Shown here: positions 1 through 13,800 of the stretch, piece by piece | Layout: each line of letters opens with the position of its first letter | Numbering within the stretch: the first letter of the stretch is position 1 | Assembly (NCBI GenBank): GCA_030704615.1 | Contig: CM060732.1 | Span: forward strand, 72,478,001-72,542,000 | Direction of reading: 5' to 3' | From: Takakia lepidozioides | Taxonomy: Eukaryota > Plantae > Bryophyta | DNA length: 64,000 nt | Position numbers and translations under genes: made by a program | The notes under the pieces: model-generated | Told to the model about the DNA's origin: nothing | Seen by the model: only the letters and a program-made list of their open reading frames with translations | Database searches by the model: none

Positions 1-2623
1 TTCTTTGGCTACTTTGGGCTTCGTCCTCCCCCTCGGCAGCATATGGCTCCAGCTTAGCCTGCTTCAAGCTTGCACGGAAACTAGCCGGGTCAAGAGACTT
101 AAGAGACATCAAGTTTGTGTGCCCAAATGCTTGCGGAAGACTTGGCATCTCCTGGCGAAGTCTTGGCATGTTGAAATTGGGGTCGAAGCCTGGGTATTTG
201 ACCGTATTGTTAGTCTGTCCACTTCTCCCAAGCAAGTCTACTCCTGGCATGCCCATTGCTGCAGATCCGGGTAAACCAGCCTCAGATCTGCTTCCAACAC
301 TAGTCCATGCAGGAGGGGCGGTGTCCTCTTTGTGGTTGATGATCGGCGCCTCTTGAGGCTGGTCGTGGCGGTAGCAAGAGACCTGATCATTGGCCGTGCA
401 TGTATCGCAATCAGTGCAAACACCTTCATCACTAATCGTGGGGTTCGGTGAATGGTCCAGAAGAGAGCTCGGAAGTGCATCATCGAGGTGATATTGCATG
501 GAATGACCCATGCGAGAGTTCTCTGTAAAGAGAAAGCTCTTCTTGCTGCCAGCACTCTTCTGGAAGATGCGGCACACAACCCATTCGTCCTGCAAGACAG
601 CACAAACGTTCAGATGTTGCCCATTAGTGGCCAGTACTAAAGGAGAGATTGTCGATAGCAGGTGACATCCGTGCTCTTCAGAGCGCTCACTACGTTATGC
701 AAATAGGATGTATTGCACGGCTGCAAAGAGAAGAACAGGCCTGGTTCTAGGCCAACTTAATGTCTTTCATATGTACATGTACTGTAAAATGCATCGACGT
801 CCCACAGCTAGGTAGTAGTAAGTGCCTGAACATTGCACTGGTCAAACCCCACTCACGATATGCTACCCCGAAAGTAATGCGCGCTTGCGACTCATCTTTC
901 TCTTTGGACGTCCTATCAGTAAATGGCCAGAGCTCTCTGTAAATAGGAGATCATCGGGAATTTTGTGAATTATTACCCAAGTCGCTGATCATGGCTGTAC
1001 ACATCCATGTGGAGAAAGCTTCTAGTGATGATGTAAGTGTCTATGGCACCAAGGCTACTGGTCATTACTAGTGGGAAATTATTCAGAGTAGATAGAACTG
1101 TCGAAGTTTTGTGAAACCGCTTATCACTCTATAGAAAGGTAGCTTTCTGAGAAAATTGGCACAGGCTACCTGCTCACGAACCCGACCCACAAGCAGGCCA
1201 CTAAATGAGTTGGTGCAAGAATGCCCCGGGAGGTTAACCTCTCAATTCGAATAGCATCCAGAGAACGACGGGTGTTCATGAGACACCTTTAATTTCTCTC
1301 GTTTCTCTCTCTATTTCCTTACCTTCAGGCTGAAAGCGCGAGGTCTTGGACCATGCGAGGCCAGGGCAGGCATGGCCTGACCATTCCTAATCTGTATCGT
1401 TAAAGCGGACATGATAGAATCCTCACTTTGGCAACTCAAAATGTCTGATTTGGCCCTTGGGGGTTCTAATCTAAGGCCCTCCACATACAGTTCCAGGGTT
1501 CCACATACCTGAAAAAACGCTCCTGGCAGCAAGGACCTGCTGTAAGCTGCGGTGGAACCCCAGCAGTGGCCCCTAGATCAATTGAGTGCTCAGACAGTTG
1601 CTCAGATCTAATTGGATCAAGTAGCACTTGCTCAATTGATCATGGTCCATTATCGGGGCCAATCTGTATAACAATTCTCTATGACTTTGGGCACATGTCA
1701 GTCGGAGGCTTGCGCAGCGCATACCTTGGTCATCCGACTTGATTGAAGGTGATTACTGTCACCCTCCAGGCGGTACTCATGCATGATCCAGTTCGTCTTC
1801 TCTCCTTTGGGAGCCCGACCGAGGTAGAACACCAAAGTCTTCTTCATGCCCACGACGTGGGGAAGGCGGCTACTCACCACATCTCTGTCCTTGCCAGTAG
1901 CTTTCCAGTAGCCAGCGTCAGTCGCGCGATTGGTACGCATACCTGTTGGGTACTTGCGGTCACGAAGACTGAAGAAATACCACTCCTTTTCACCCATTTT
2001 TGCCTTCTCTGCAGCTCAACAATAACATAGCCATGTGTGAGAGTCGGACTCCATTGCTATCATCTCTCCCTTGCCGCTCTGCGATTAAATTGGAAAGTTC
2101 TTGAAAAGTCCATACCCAAGTTGATCTAGCCCACCCCGCCAAGACCAGGTTTTTCGTGAACTGTGAATCCGGACTCACTCATGTAAACTGTAGACTACTC
2201 TCGAGTGAGAGAGAGAAGGTCCGAAAACACAGAACTACAAGAGCTGAGATTCTATCCTCATCGGCTATCACAAGTCTCACTGTCAGTTTCCATACACTCG
2301 CATAATGGGTCGTCAGACAAGTGAAACGAGATACCTAACTTGAACAATTTCATGATTAATCGGGCAAAACAACTCGAGAAGTTCAAAACAGGAGACAGGA
2401 GGAGGTGCAGATCCATACCAGGGAGGTCCCAGGGCTCACATTTGTTGAGGTCGACCTCAGAGATGGCATGCACTGCGAAGTTGGTATTCATCACCTTCCT
2501 TGTGAGATAGTAGCTCACAAGTTCTTCGTCAGTGGGGTGAAAGCGAAAGCCTGGGGGTAGCCATGGCTCACACTCCTTTTCTTGCAGAGTAACGTTGCTG
2601 CTGGGCATGCAAACTGTAGCCAT
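1..2623 (-). CDS. NAC transcription factor, CUC/NAC1-like (3' end outside window)
   Basis: Coding exons 2623-2419 ([19 protein letters not shown]...[11 protein letters not shown]), 2008-1725 ([42 protein letters not shown]...NWIMHEYRL) and 589-<1 ([12 protein letters not shown]..., open to the window edge). Junctions are GT-AG and keep frame. [14 protein letters not shown] is typical of the CUC/NAC1 subfamily. Confidence 0.95.
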
Positions 2624-5600
2624 TGACGTTCTCTAAGATCAATTTGGATACGTGCAGAGGCAAGCTTCACCCTCAGGCTCAGGTAAGAGCGCGTGGATGG
2701 GAATTCAAGAAGCAAACCTCTTCAAGACATTGGGTACCACACACAAGATGCTCAATTTTGAGCACCTGTCAGGACTGATCTCTTCAACTCCGGTGAGAGA
2801 AAAAGACACAAGCTCAACGTCAGCACTGCAAAGAGAGGCATAGAGGCAGAGAAGACAACCTTTGCTTTGTATATAAGACAAAGCTCAAGCTTGTGCGGGA
2901 GAGAGCGAGAGAGCAAGAGAGCGAGAGCCAGAGATGGACAAAGCAGTGCTCGAGGTAGCGCTGGAGCATGTATAGCGAGCAGCGGCCCAGTGGGGGCAAA
3001 GGGGGTGGCCCGCGACGGGACGAGTGGGACCCGGCAGTGACAGCCACCGTAAAAAGGTGATAACTACAGTTCTGCTATATCGGGTAATTCGGGACGGGCA
3101 CGGGCAGCCGTAGATTCCTCGTACCCTACCACCAATACATACCAAAGAATACGTTTACGCATACTCCTACATAACCACAGTACGCCTACTTTTCACGCCC
3201 GGTAAGTTTCCTGGGCGATCTACGAAGTCGGTGTACACTACGCTCCAGTATGCGTACTAGTGTACAGCTGAGCGAAGAATATACGACATATGTATGATAC
3301 GACGTAAGACTAATAATATTTTCCGACCTGCCGGTAGTGCGGAGCATGTGACTTGAAACTAAGAATCTTCCTTTCCGACCTAAATTTATTCTTCTCCCCG
3401 ATATTTTTCTCCGAGGATTTCATTCTTTTCGTGGGGCTGGTATTTTAGTGCGGAGTGTGAGTGTGAGAGAAAGAGAGAGAAGCAACGGATTGGTAATCTA
3501 CCAAGACCCCCACTCCGCCCACAACAACGACAAGTAGCCGTTGTGACTATTTGTGGTCAGACCTTGAGCATTGCTCCGACATGCAAAACACGGGACGCAC
3601 TTGTCAAACGGCTAATATTAAACCCACTGGAATCGGCGACTTTGTTTGGGGTGATGCGGTCAGACACTATAGGTCAGTCCCGATTTATGTGTAGTGGCCA
3701 AGATTTTCCGCAATCCCAGCTTTTCGGGCAGAGGGCGCCGGTAGTACCGGACCAAACAAAAAGAGGAAAAATAAATATACGTATTTCCAGTTGAAGTATG
3801 TAAGGGAAGTATTATACGTCTAGCGGCTAACCGCCGTTGGATGGAGGATGGGCGGTCCAGATGGGTCCGCGTAACTCAACAGGAATAAGACAGGATTAGC
3901 GGACTAGTGGAGGTTAGGCACTAATGCTCCCTATTCCGGCCATTTTGTGGCGCAGGCCACATTCGCCGGCGTGATATTCCGGCTAATTTATCCTACGCCG
4001 TGGCTCATCTGATCCGTTGAAGCTATAGAATTGAACGGTTAGGATGTAGGAATGGGATCCAGAGATGGTTGCATCACATGCACAATTCAGGAGAAGCATT
4101 GAGATGGGAAATATCGGGATTAAAATAGAATTGTATTAGGGTTACATGGGTGGTGGCGGGAGGGCGGGAATGTAAGCAATTCCTCCTTTAAAGTTTAAAA
4201 AAAAAAAAAACAACTCCTTGAGTTTATGATGGTCCGTGTATTTCCTCAAGATTCCCGCATCTTGCGTTCCTTTTCGGCTACTCACCGACCGCCACCCGGC
4301 GAAATAAGAGTGTGCGGGACTGGCTGTGGTCTGGGTTGAATCTGCCTGTCTCCCGCATGCAGGGCAGAGTAAGACTTTTTTTACCCTCCCGTAAATAACC
4401 GTGTAATTCCTGTTCTCTAGTAAAAACGAGTCCTGCCGAATATTTGCAGTTGTTAATTTGAGCGGCATTAATCCACACAATGACTTCCACGTTCCAGCAG
4501 GACTTAGAAATGGATTGGGTACTTTGAGGTGCGAGATATTTGCGCTCGGCAGGAGATGGAACCGTTCGTTAACAATGTTACTATTCCATCATTTTTGGAG
4601 GTCCCACAAGATATCAGCTGCCCAATGTAAAGCACAGGGTGGGAGCCCTTTGGATTTTCCACGATTTGAGGACCGGCAGGAAGGCTCCGGCACACGAGGA
4701 CTCCCACTGCTCAGGCCAGGCAGGCGCTTTAGTTGCTGTCCAGGCCCACGGATCCAATTTCTCCCTTGCAAATTGTGGACGTCCGCAGGAAAGTATTTTG
4801 CAAGCTCCGGGAAGAATCTTAGTGTGACGAGGGGAGTGACAGTGTGAATAGAGAAGCTCTAACACTTTCAGGGCTGCCAAAAGATGACCGGTATATATCC
4901 CTGTCTGTGATATGAAGCACCCAGAATGACCCACGTAGTGAGCGGCTTATTAGAGAGAAAGAGACGTAGTTAAGTTGATGGGCAGTCCCGCACATTGGTT
5001 CCTCGAGGCTACAACAGGCAGGCTATACATTCTCGCCTGTCACCTTATTTATTCACCTCCTTACCAACTCGCCGGAATGACTTTCCCGGCACGATAAGCT
5101 GCATGCAGGGGTATATCCCGAGCCCACCGGGCCGGTCAACTGTAGCCTATCTATTAGACACGTGCCCTATATAGGTAACCCATACGCCACCAGGCTACTG
5201 GTGCTAATTTTACTACTTTCTACAATGCCAAAAGTTTTGGAAACTTTTGAGCAAAATAATGTCCAAAATTGATATGACTTATTGAAGGTTTGGAGACACT
5301 TCAATAGAGTAGAAATATCGTATATAAAATGTATACAAATGAAAACTATAATAAATAATGGATAAAATTGTTTAAAAATCATTGTAGTAGGAGATGAACT
5401 CATTTAGTATAAGTCATAATGGCAATCTATTTTTTCTTTTCTTTTTGTTTTCTTTGGCTACAAAGGCTCCAATTTTGGATGGGATAACATCAGCATGCAA
5501 GAAAATGAATCCCATGTGAGCAACGGGATGGAGGAGGACTCTTGACTGGATGACAGATATGTATGTAGAGGTATTATACAAGAGACCATGTGTGAAACGA

Positions 5601-6754
5601 GCAGAGAATGTGACGAAGGCTGCCGACAGGGACATGGCATACCGATGGATGGAGGACTCCATCCAAATTCACATTCAATTTATATTATTAATTTGACTAA
5701 TTCCTACCGCCGTCGATCAAGTGGTCAATCTTATCCAACCCGCAGGTCGACGTGGCCGCACGTGCGCAAACCCATCTATCCAGTCAATGCAGCGTACATG
5801 TAGCTACAATACGCCCACGGCGACTAAAAATACTTATACATACGGCTCCGGGAGGGCGGACGACAAAGAGTTGCTTTTTGGTAGCTGCGGGAATACACCA
5901 TCGTAGGCGGGATTCGGGCACGCTGCCCGCTCCCAATTTCCAGAGCGTGGAGAAACGGCGGGCGACGGCCAAAGAGCAGGGTGGGGCCCGGTGCGCGTGG
6001 CCACCAGGCGCGTGGTCGCGGGGCCTGTGGAATCGATGCCACGATGGCCCCTGCGTCAGCACGTACCTCACTCTCGAACCTCTCCCTCCCACTCGCGCAC
6101 AATGTAGCTACCTACTTACTCATTCTCGCCTGCGCTGGACCACACATTATCTTCTCGCAAAGCCTCCAACTAACAACCAAACAGAATGGAATTCAGGCCG
6201 CAAATCCGTGGGAGGCAAATGATGAGTGAAGAGCGCAACAAGAGAGCGGGAATTCGATGATCATACGCGCTCCCCAAATTTTTGGAGCGACGATCGTCGG
6301 TGCGTTGAGATGCGTGCGGTTGGGCAGACGGGGAATCGGAATATTCCATGCGGGAGGCTCTGAGGCCGAGAGCGAGGGGCAGAGCTGGCGACAGCGAGCG
6401 TGCCACCTCGAAAGCCACACTCGCTCCCATCATTTCCCTCAGGTGAATGCTCACCGGCCACAGCCGGAGGTGGTCAACGGTCAATAGTGTCCTTTACACG
6501 GGGAAAAGACAAAGTATATGCGCCGCCAGCCCGGCCCGCGCTGCCACGGCGTGTCTGGGCTGCGGGCCGTCGGATGGCGGATGGCCAGCCCAGGTGGCAG
6601 GCGGCCTGCCTGCCACGCTGGCGCGATTGCAACGGGCAGCCCTATTCACAAGCGCGGGGTGGATAGGACTCAAAGGGGCGCGGCAGAATGTTGGGAGGCG
6701 GAGGCGGGAAATGTTTTCGCGGTAAGCGTGTCGCCGGTCAAATCCCCGGGTTAC

Positions 6755-7257
6755 TTCCACGGCCGTGCACTCGCCGGCGTCTGCGAGTAGTTTCGCCACC
6801 GACGCGGGGTATCGCCACATTTCCGCAATCCAGCTGCCATCATATTTACGTGTGAAAACGTTGGTTTGTTTTTTAAAATTTCGATAAAGTTGTTTTGGAT
6901 CTTCCTTTGTCCATCCTTTAATTGTGTGCTACTGCTTTCAAGCTTTGCATGATTCAAAGGGCATGAGTCAATATTTCCGGCTACAGCCATGGAGGAAAAA
7001 ATGTTCGCATTGCTAATTCTGAAAGAGCTATCCAAAGAAGAGGTGATTGCCGGAGTGAAATATTCATTATTCGTGTCTATTTAACTCCAGAAATTTGGAT
7101 TGCTCAACAACCCCTGGATTGCATATTCTACTCGGTTTGCTGTCACATCTTTTTGAAATTCAACTGCGTAATTCATTCATTCTAAACAATTATGGCGCAG
7201 CAGCTCGGTGGCGAAACTTTCCCTGCCTGCAGGCATCGGCGAATGCCTGGAAGTTTC
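6755..7257. repeat. Imperfect inverted repeat (GC-rich arms around an AT-rich core), MITE-like
   Basis: AGTTTCGCCACCGA (6789-6802) is the exact reverse complement of TCGGTGGCGAAACT (7205-7218). Similarity extends outward with mismatches and a gap to about 6755 and 7257. No TSD found. Confidence 0.5.
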
Positions 7258-10200
7258 CGGCAGGCAGGAATCGAGGCCGGCGCGGGGGCCAGGGAGGCGG
7301 CGGGGCCCGTACAAAGGCGGCGCGGCGCTCATCGATGGCGGGCAGCGTGGGCAGGCTGCCCGCGCTGCCATCGCAGGTCAGCGCCGCAAGCGCTTTCAAG
7401 CTGCTCTCGGTATCCACGCCTTCCCCCGGAATCTCTTCCTGTCATTCCGTACCGGGATTTCGGATGGCAAGCATTAATGGTGACCTGCAGCCCCCCTTCA
7501 TTCGGCCAATCCCGCTCACCCCCTATTTATATAAGTTTTCTCACTAATATGCCCGGAATATCCTCGCCCCACACAATCTTGGTACTTACCCGCCTTGTTA
7601 ATGGATGAATCCACCGTCGTGCGCAGAAGTTAAGTCATCCATCCACCCTTCCATCCAACTATCCTAGTGAATGGATGGAGGATCCGCGGAAAGATTTGAC
7701 CAGGTAAGAAAATATCATTCGTTTGTGTCCTTCGTTGTTGGAGTGTTTGGTGACATCCGTGAAATCCATCCATCCACCCGTGCTAAGGACGCATCAAGGC
7801 CGGTTCATCCGTTAAGCAGGTCTGTAAGGCGGATCTCATTCATCCGAAATCTCCGCGCCCTCACACGCGCGGTCTCATCGCACCAGACAGAATCGTCGCC
7901 CATTGGCACGTGCGGACACTCACAAACATCTCGCACGCCTCCCTGTCCGTCCGCGCGGCCCACTTTCGGTTTGATTAATTCTTCGCTCTCCCGCTTCTGG
8001 CCCCTCCCCCGCCCGACTAACTCATGATCACGTACTTCATCACTCGAATGGATGGATGGAGGGAGGGAGGGAGGACGGTCTGTCCGAGAGAGCGCGTAGC
8101 CGGGAGGGTAAACGGGCGGGTGAAAAGGATGGGGCCGCAGGGTTCCTGGGATCCGACACACACAAGAGCGGGACAGGACAGGACAGGACAGGAGCGGACA
8201 GAGGGCGGGTGGGTGGGCGGACTGATGAGTGAGTGCGCGGGATGCTGTCCCGGCCTGCCCGCACGTGTGTTGGCATTGAGTGCGCGTGGGCGTTACGTGC
8301 GCGCGCTTTGCACACGCAGCGAGGCGCTGCGCTTCACGTGCTGCGCTGCCTCCGCGCGGCCTGGGTCGTCGCTGCGCAGCTGCAGCGAGGCTGCCGCAGA
8401 GCTCATCACCCACCCACCCCGCCATGTGGAGCGCTTGCGTGGGTCAGTGCGCGCGTACTGCCCCGGCTGCTTTCCGCTGCCCTCAAAGACCAGCTCACAT
8501 TTCGATTTAGGCTCTCCGTTTCAAAGAGGCGGTCACGGTCACTATGCGGCGCATGAATGCCCGCAAAATATCGCAGCGAGACAACGGACGGCTTGTTTCG
8601 AATTGGCGGCAGCGTCGACGGACTGCCACAGCGCGGTGATGACTCGTGATTAGCAACACTGGTGATGACCAGGGTGACGGGTTAGCGACTTAGGTGGTGT
8701 AAATGTTGGTATCATGCAGCGAAGGCGTGCATGCCCCGCGGGGTTTTAGTCAAATTAGAGTTGAATACAGCAGCCCCCCACTTGCAAGCCGTCTTCCAGG
8801 AACTGACCAGCGGTAGGTCGACTCTGTTCGATGGGCAGCGGGTGACAAAGATGGTAGAAAGGAATAGAAAGGCTGCACTGCGCGAGATAATGGTCTGCTG
8901 GCCACAATCATTTTCTATACGCCGCACTTGCACGCTTGCAGGATTGCCCACTCTCCACACGAGCGACTGGGAGTGGGCCGGGTCAGAGCGCGGGCGACCA
9001 AGCACGAGTCGCATGAACTTCTCGACGGTTTCACACCTGCCGCGGCCCCTTCTCGGCTTTTTCTCCTCCGTGCGACTAAGTTAAATTACCCGCGCGGTAA
9101 ACAGAGAGAAGCCTGCTCTGTTTTCTCGCTGCAGACCCGGCCTTTCTGGGCGCGGGTTGCCCGGGGGCCAGCCCGGGTGTGACGGGTCCGGCTACTGGTG
9201 CCACCCCGGCCGAACGGCGGGTACTGAAGAAGTTGCGTGCGACGGTGGAGAGGTCCGCTTGACTTCCCCCCTTCATTGCTCTTGTATCCTATTCCTGTCA
9301 AAACCCCCCCCACCCCACCCGCGGGCAATCCCATCAACACAAAATAAAATGTAACGTCGGTATTTTGTCGGTCTGGATGTATATTCCTTTTGCACTAGAT
9401 ACGTAGTAGGTCTTATTGCTTGCGATGAAATTGGGATATGTAGGAATGCGCAATGGAAGAGGAATGGAAGGGTATTAATTCGATCCGGAGACGTACTTCC
9501 GGCTTACATTCTGGGATGAGGATGATGCAGTTCGTTTGCCGATACGGACTGGTCAAAAACATAATTTGCACTCCTCAGTCAAATCCTTGGCACCTTTCCC
9601 CCCTCCGCGCATGGCTTGGGAGTGTGTTCACACTCGCTGCCGGACGCCTCAACCCTAATGTTCTATTTTCTCCCGCACAAAGATTCGCTCACTATGTTTT
9701 AGTGCGCGAAATTATCCACGTAATTTCCGAGGGGGTGTGACCGGTCACGGGACAGCGCCGGTCGGGGGGGGGAACGGCCGTGTGCCAGGCTGGGCGGTTG
9801 CTACCGGGCAACTGAAAGGGATGTCGGAAACGGAAAGCGTAGTTGCTTTCCCGGGAGACAGAACCGGCGGGGCCCCCTCGTGTGCAGCGCCAGCAGAAGA
9901 CTGCGCCTGACGCAATGCGCCTCCCCGGATTCAGATGAAGTCTGTGGATGAAGTTTCCTCCTCTTCGGTCGTGCATTCTTTTGCAAGTTTCTCCTGGCCC
10001 GGGAATATCCGAGGGATATACGATTTATCTTTAATTTCACACGCTTTTTGTTTTTGTTTTTTTAGGATGGAGTTGAGTCTAATCAACGTTGGATCGTAAA
10101 AACATTAGGTAGTGTAAAATCGTAGGGAGAGGGAGAGTCTATGGAAAGGCGTCGACGTGTGCATGTCTTGTGGCTTTATCAACACATCTTTCCGTCCCGG

Positions 10201-13200
10201 GAAAAACAATTTCCCTCCCGCCGGGCATTAATAGGAATTGTCGTCGTCCTGAAGCTTTGGCAACACACAAACCCGCAAATTTGTTTTATAATAACAAAAA
10301 GGTAACCAAATATTATTAAAAACAGTATAACAAAAGCAAACAAATTTCTTGCAAGGGACTCAACAGAGGCATGCAGGAGTGAGCACGTGTCGCGAGGGCA
10401 ACTGCGTACCACGTAGCCATACGGCGCTATGGATTCGATAGTGACGTAGGCGCGTGCGTCCCCACCACGCGTCACGCTTCTACTCGCCGCTTCCCCAGGA
10501 CCCGGAGCACGTCTGCGCTTGATCCGTGGGTCCCCCCCTGCCAACCCAATCATTTGGGCAGTCTGAAAAGTGTCCCGATTTTCTGCCTTTCTCTCGCTCA
10601 GTTTTCACTATTACTTACATTCTTCCACATTTTGATATTTTCAATTTTTCCCTGGGGGGCATGTCAGAGTTTCGGGCATGGGTTGTGGGAACATGTTCCC
10701 TCACTTACCCCTTTGGACCTTGGTGCTCTCCACTGTCCAAAAAGCTGCCTTCAGTTTACCCAGATATCTACATGAGTAAGTATCAGTCCCCTTCACTGCT
10801 CCCTTTGCTTGTAGTTTTATCTGGAGACTCTTGGCTAAATTGAAGGCAGCTTTGGACAGTATGAGTCCACCACATTTGGGGATCACACAGAGTATTAAAT
10901 GCCTGACTTACAGTCAACTTGCAGTCCACTAAAGGACAATGATATTGTGGGCTAAATTAGGCCCCAGCACTTTACTCCTGCCTCACTGGCTCCGGGACCC
11001 ACACAAGGGTGGTGGTTAGGACTGCAAGATTGGGATAAGAAGGTCAATAATAAATTATTCCATTCTGTTTACAGCCTTTCGTGGATAGACCCCACTTTGC
11101 TTGCAGTCATGTATTGTCAACTGTCGCACTGGACTATCTCTTAGTGGGCCTCTTGTGGACCCTATTACTCCCCAATTATGCAATCATCGCCAATTAGTGG
11201 GAGTCTGTTGAGTAGTCCCTGGCAGGAAAGGAAAGAGAAGTGTGGACAAGCCCCGGTTGACAAGGGAATTAAAAAAGATGGTCAATCTAGTCAGGCAGCC
11301 GCCATTTCCGAAGTGGGCTTCCTCTTCTCTCACCACCTTGGATGAATGTTTCTGGACGACCCTCACAATTGGCTCACGTTTTATATACTTGAGTTGGATA
11401 TTTGTAGTCCTAAACTTGGATTAGAATGAATGCTTGAACTGAAAATGGGGGAAGAGGGAGAAGGAGTTGGCACTCTGACATACTATAAAATGTAAAGTAA
11501 TCAGGAAGTATAAATAGGGAGTAAATGAAGTAGTACAATATACTCTGAGGGGGTACTAACTCTTATGGTTGCTGCATTGAAGTGGGGGGGGTGCAGGGAG
11601 GCATGCAGCCCATTGCATTCACATGCTTCTATTTTACATTACTTTATAATTGATGTCTGAGAGGTCATCAATCAACACAATCATCACACCATCAATATTT
11701 GGCCCTTCACATGTCACATGGAGCAGTGTACACCCAGAGAGCCAGTCTGTCTGGGGGGGCATTGGACGGTGCAGGAATCTGAAATTTATCCACAGTGTGC
11801 AGTCACTGGCAGGATAATGTACAAAGTAGTGGGGAGTGCAGTTAGTGGCAAACGATATGGGATAATTGTATTCAAAGGGGGGGCGCCAAATGATGGGGGG
11901 TGTGGGGGACGTTACTGCAGCGCACGTTGGCGCATGTGGCCTGCCCTCCGCACGCGTGGGGCAGCCTTGGGGAATGTGCCAGGGCAGCACCTGAACATAA
12001 AAGCTGCAGAGCAGGGCATGGGCCGCACTGCTGCCCACGGGCCATTTCCGCTTGTTCTTAATGCCTCCCAAACTGCAATCATGTCCTGCCACCCTAACCC
12101 ATCTCCCAGAACCACCAAAAGAAACCAACCCAAAAAATAAAGTCATATCTCAGAACCACCACTTGCACTGCTTTGTTTTTTCATTTGTTGGCATCACATG
12201 AGAAAAAAAAAACATGACACTTTCAAACAAGGAATTTGTAATGTGGGTGCTTGTGGCGCTGTTGATTCCCAAGAACCAAAGTTCCAACGCCTACAATTTA
12301 GAGGGAATTTCAAAACAAAATGAGGTGTAGCTGCATATCATTCAGTCTTACAAAGCACTGGATTCTTAGCAACTCACGAGATGGGCAGGTGGAAAGAAAA
12401 GGGGAAAAGTACTCATGAGAATGTGAGCCCAGATAGAATGAATGGAGTGGGGCCCAACATTCACAGAAAGTTAGTGAATATATTGGTGGAATTTTTGGTG
12501 GGTGGCACCTGCACATTGGTCGATGCACCCCCCGCCCATGTCTCGCAATTGAAAAGTATAGAGATAAAGTGACTGTACAGAGGCAATTTAAAAACGAAAG
12601 AAAGAAGGGAAAGGAGGCTGCACGAGAGAGAGAAAGAGAGAAAGAGAGAGGGAAGCAATTTGAAGGGATTCCACTTCGGGATTCCACTTGGGCTGCACAT
12701 GAAACAGACTGCCAGCGGAGTTGGGCACAAAAGAAGAGAAAACGGAAGGGACAGGCCTTTCCAAGAGAGAGGCCACGGATAATATGGTCACTGGTGGAAT
12801 GATAGACTACCCTCCTGGATCCCATTCATGTGTCTGTGACTCTGACATCTGAACACGTGAAGCCTCAGTTATAAGTGAAACCATTGCTAGTTTGCAGAGA
12901 GCTCAGTGCTCAGTGCTCACCCCCTTGACAGACAGATGCAGACAGTCTCTCAGGGACCAGGGTTGCCATTCTTGGCTAAATGGTGTCTCCCCAAGATTGT
13001 TGGCTGGACATTTGGGCAGAGATTGAGCAGAGCACACCTGCTCTGTTGACAAGGCAGAGATACAATAATGCCTTGTCTCTCCCTCCTGCTGTGTAAAAGG
13101 CATGTAATCATTGGCCCAAGTTATGCAAGTTAAGCAATTGCAAAGAGAGACTCCTGCTTTTTAGAAACGTCGACCTTCCTGGTAAGGGAATTGCCATTTA

Positions 13201-13800
13201 ATCTGTTCAGAAGTCTTTGCCATTTGGGGAGTCAATCCGGACAGAAAGATGCACTGGTACGTTCACTAGAAAAGTATATACTGCAGACTACTCTTACTTT
13301 GGAATCATGACAGGATTGACAGATATTACGGAAGTATTTCCCCAAAAGGTCTGAATGGGTGTTCCGTATTAACAGTCTTGTGGCAAACGGAAAAAGATGA
13401 AACGATGAACATGAGGGCCAGGCACACTTCATTCAATCAGGTTTCCCTTTGGCCAGTGCCAAAGTAGGCTTGCTATCAGACCATTTGAATGGACTAATAA
13501 GGTCAAGCTTCACACTGATTGCAAGGATCCTAGTTACCAGAAGAGCCAAAAACCTGTGGAATCAGGCGTTCGCTCGCACAAATGCCCCTGAATCCAAGAA
13601 ATCAATCAACGGGCAATTCGCCCTTTCTGTATCTGAGTTTCCTCATTCCTTCTTGGTCTGCCCGACTCCTATATTATTACTCTGTGGTCAATCAAAAGAG
13701 GGAATAAGGATCAACACATGACAAGAATTTGTAATTCCCCCTCCCGAGAGTATGGGATGGCAGAAATGAACTTCAGTAAATGCTTCAATTTATTCCTGGA

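Noticed and set aside
5588-12146. Many overlapping 60-210-aa ORFs on both strands
   Set aside because: No recognisable domains or coherent exon structure. Expected from GC-rich, stop-poor sequence.
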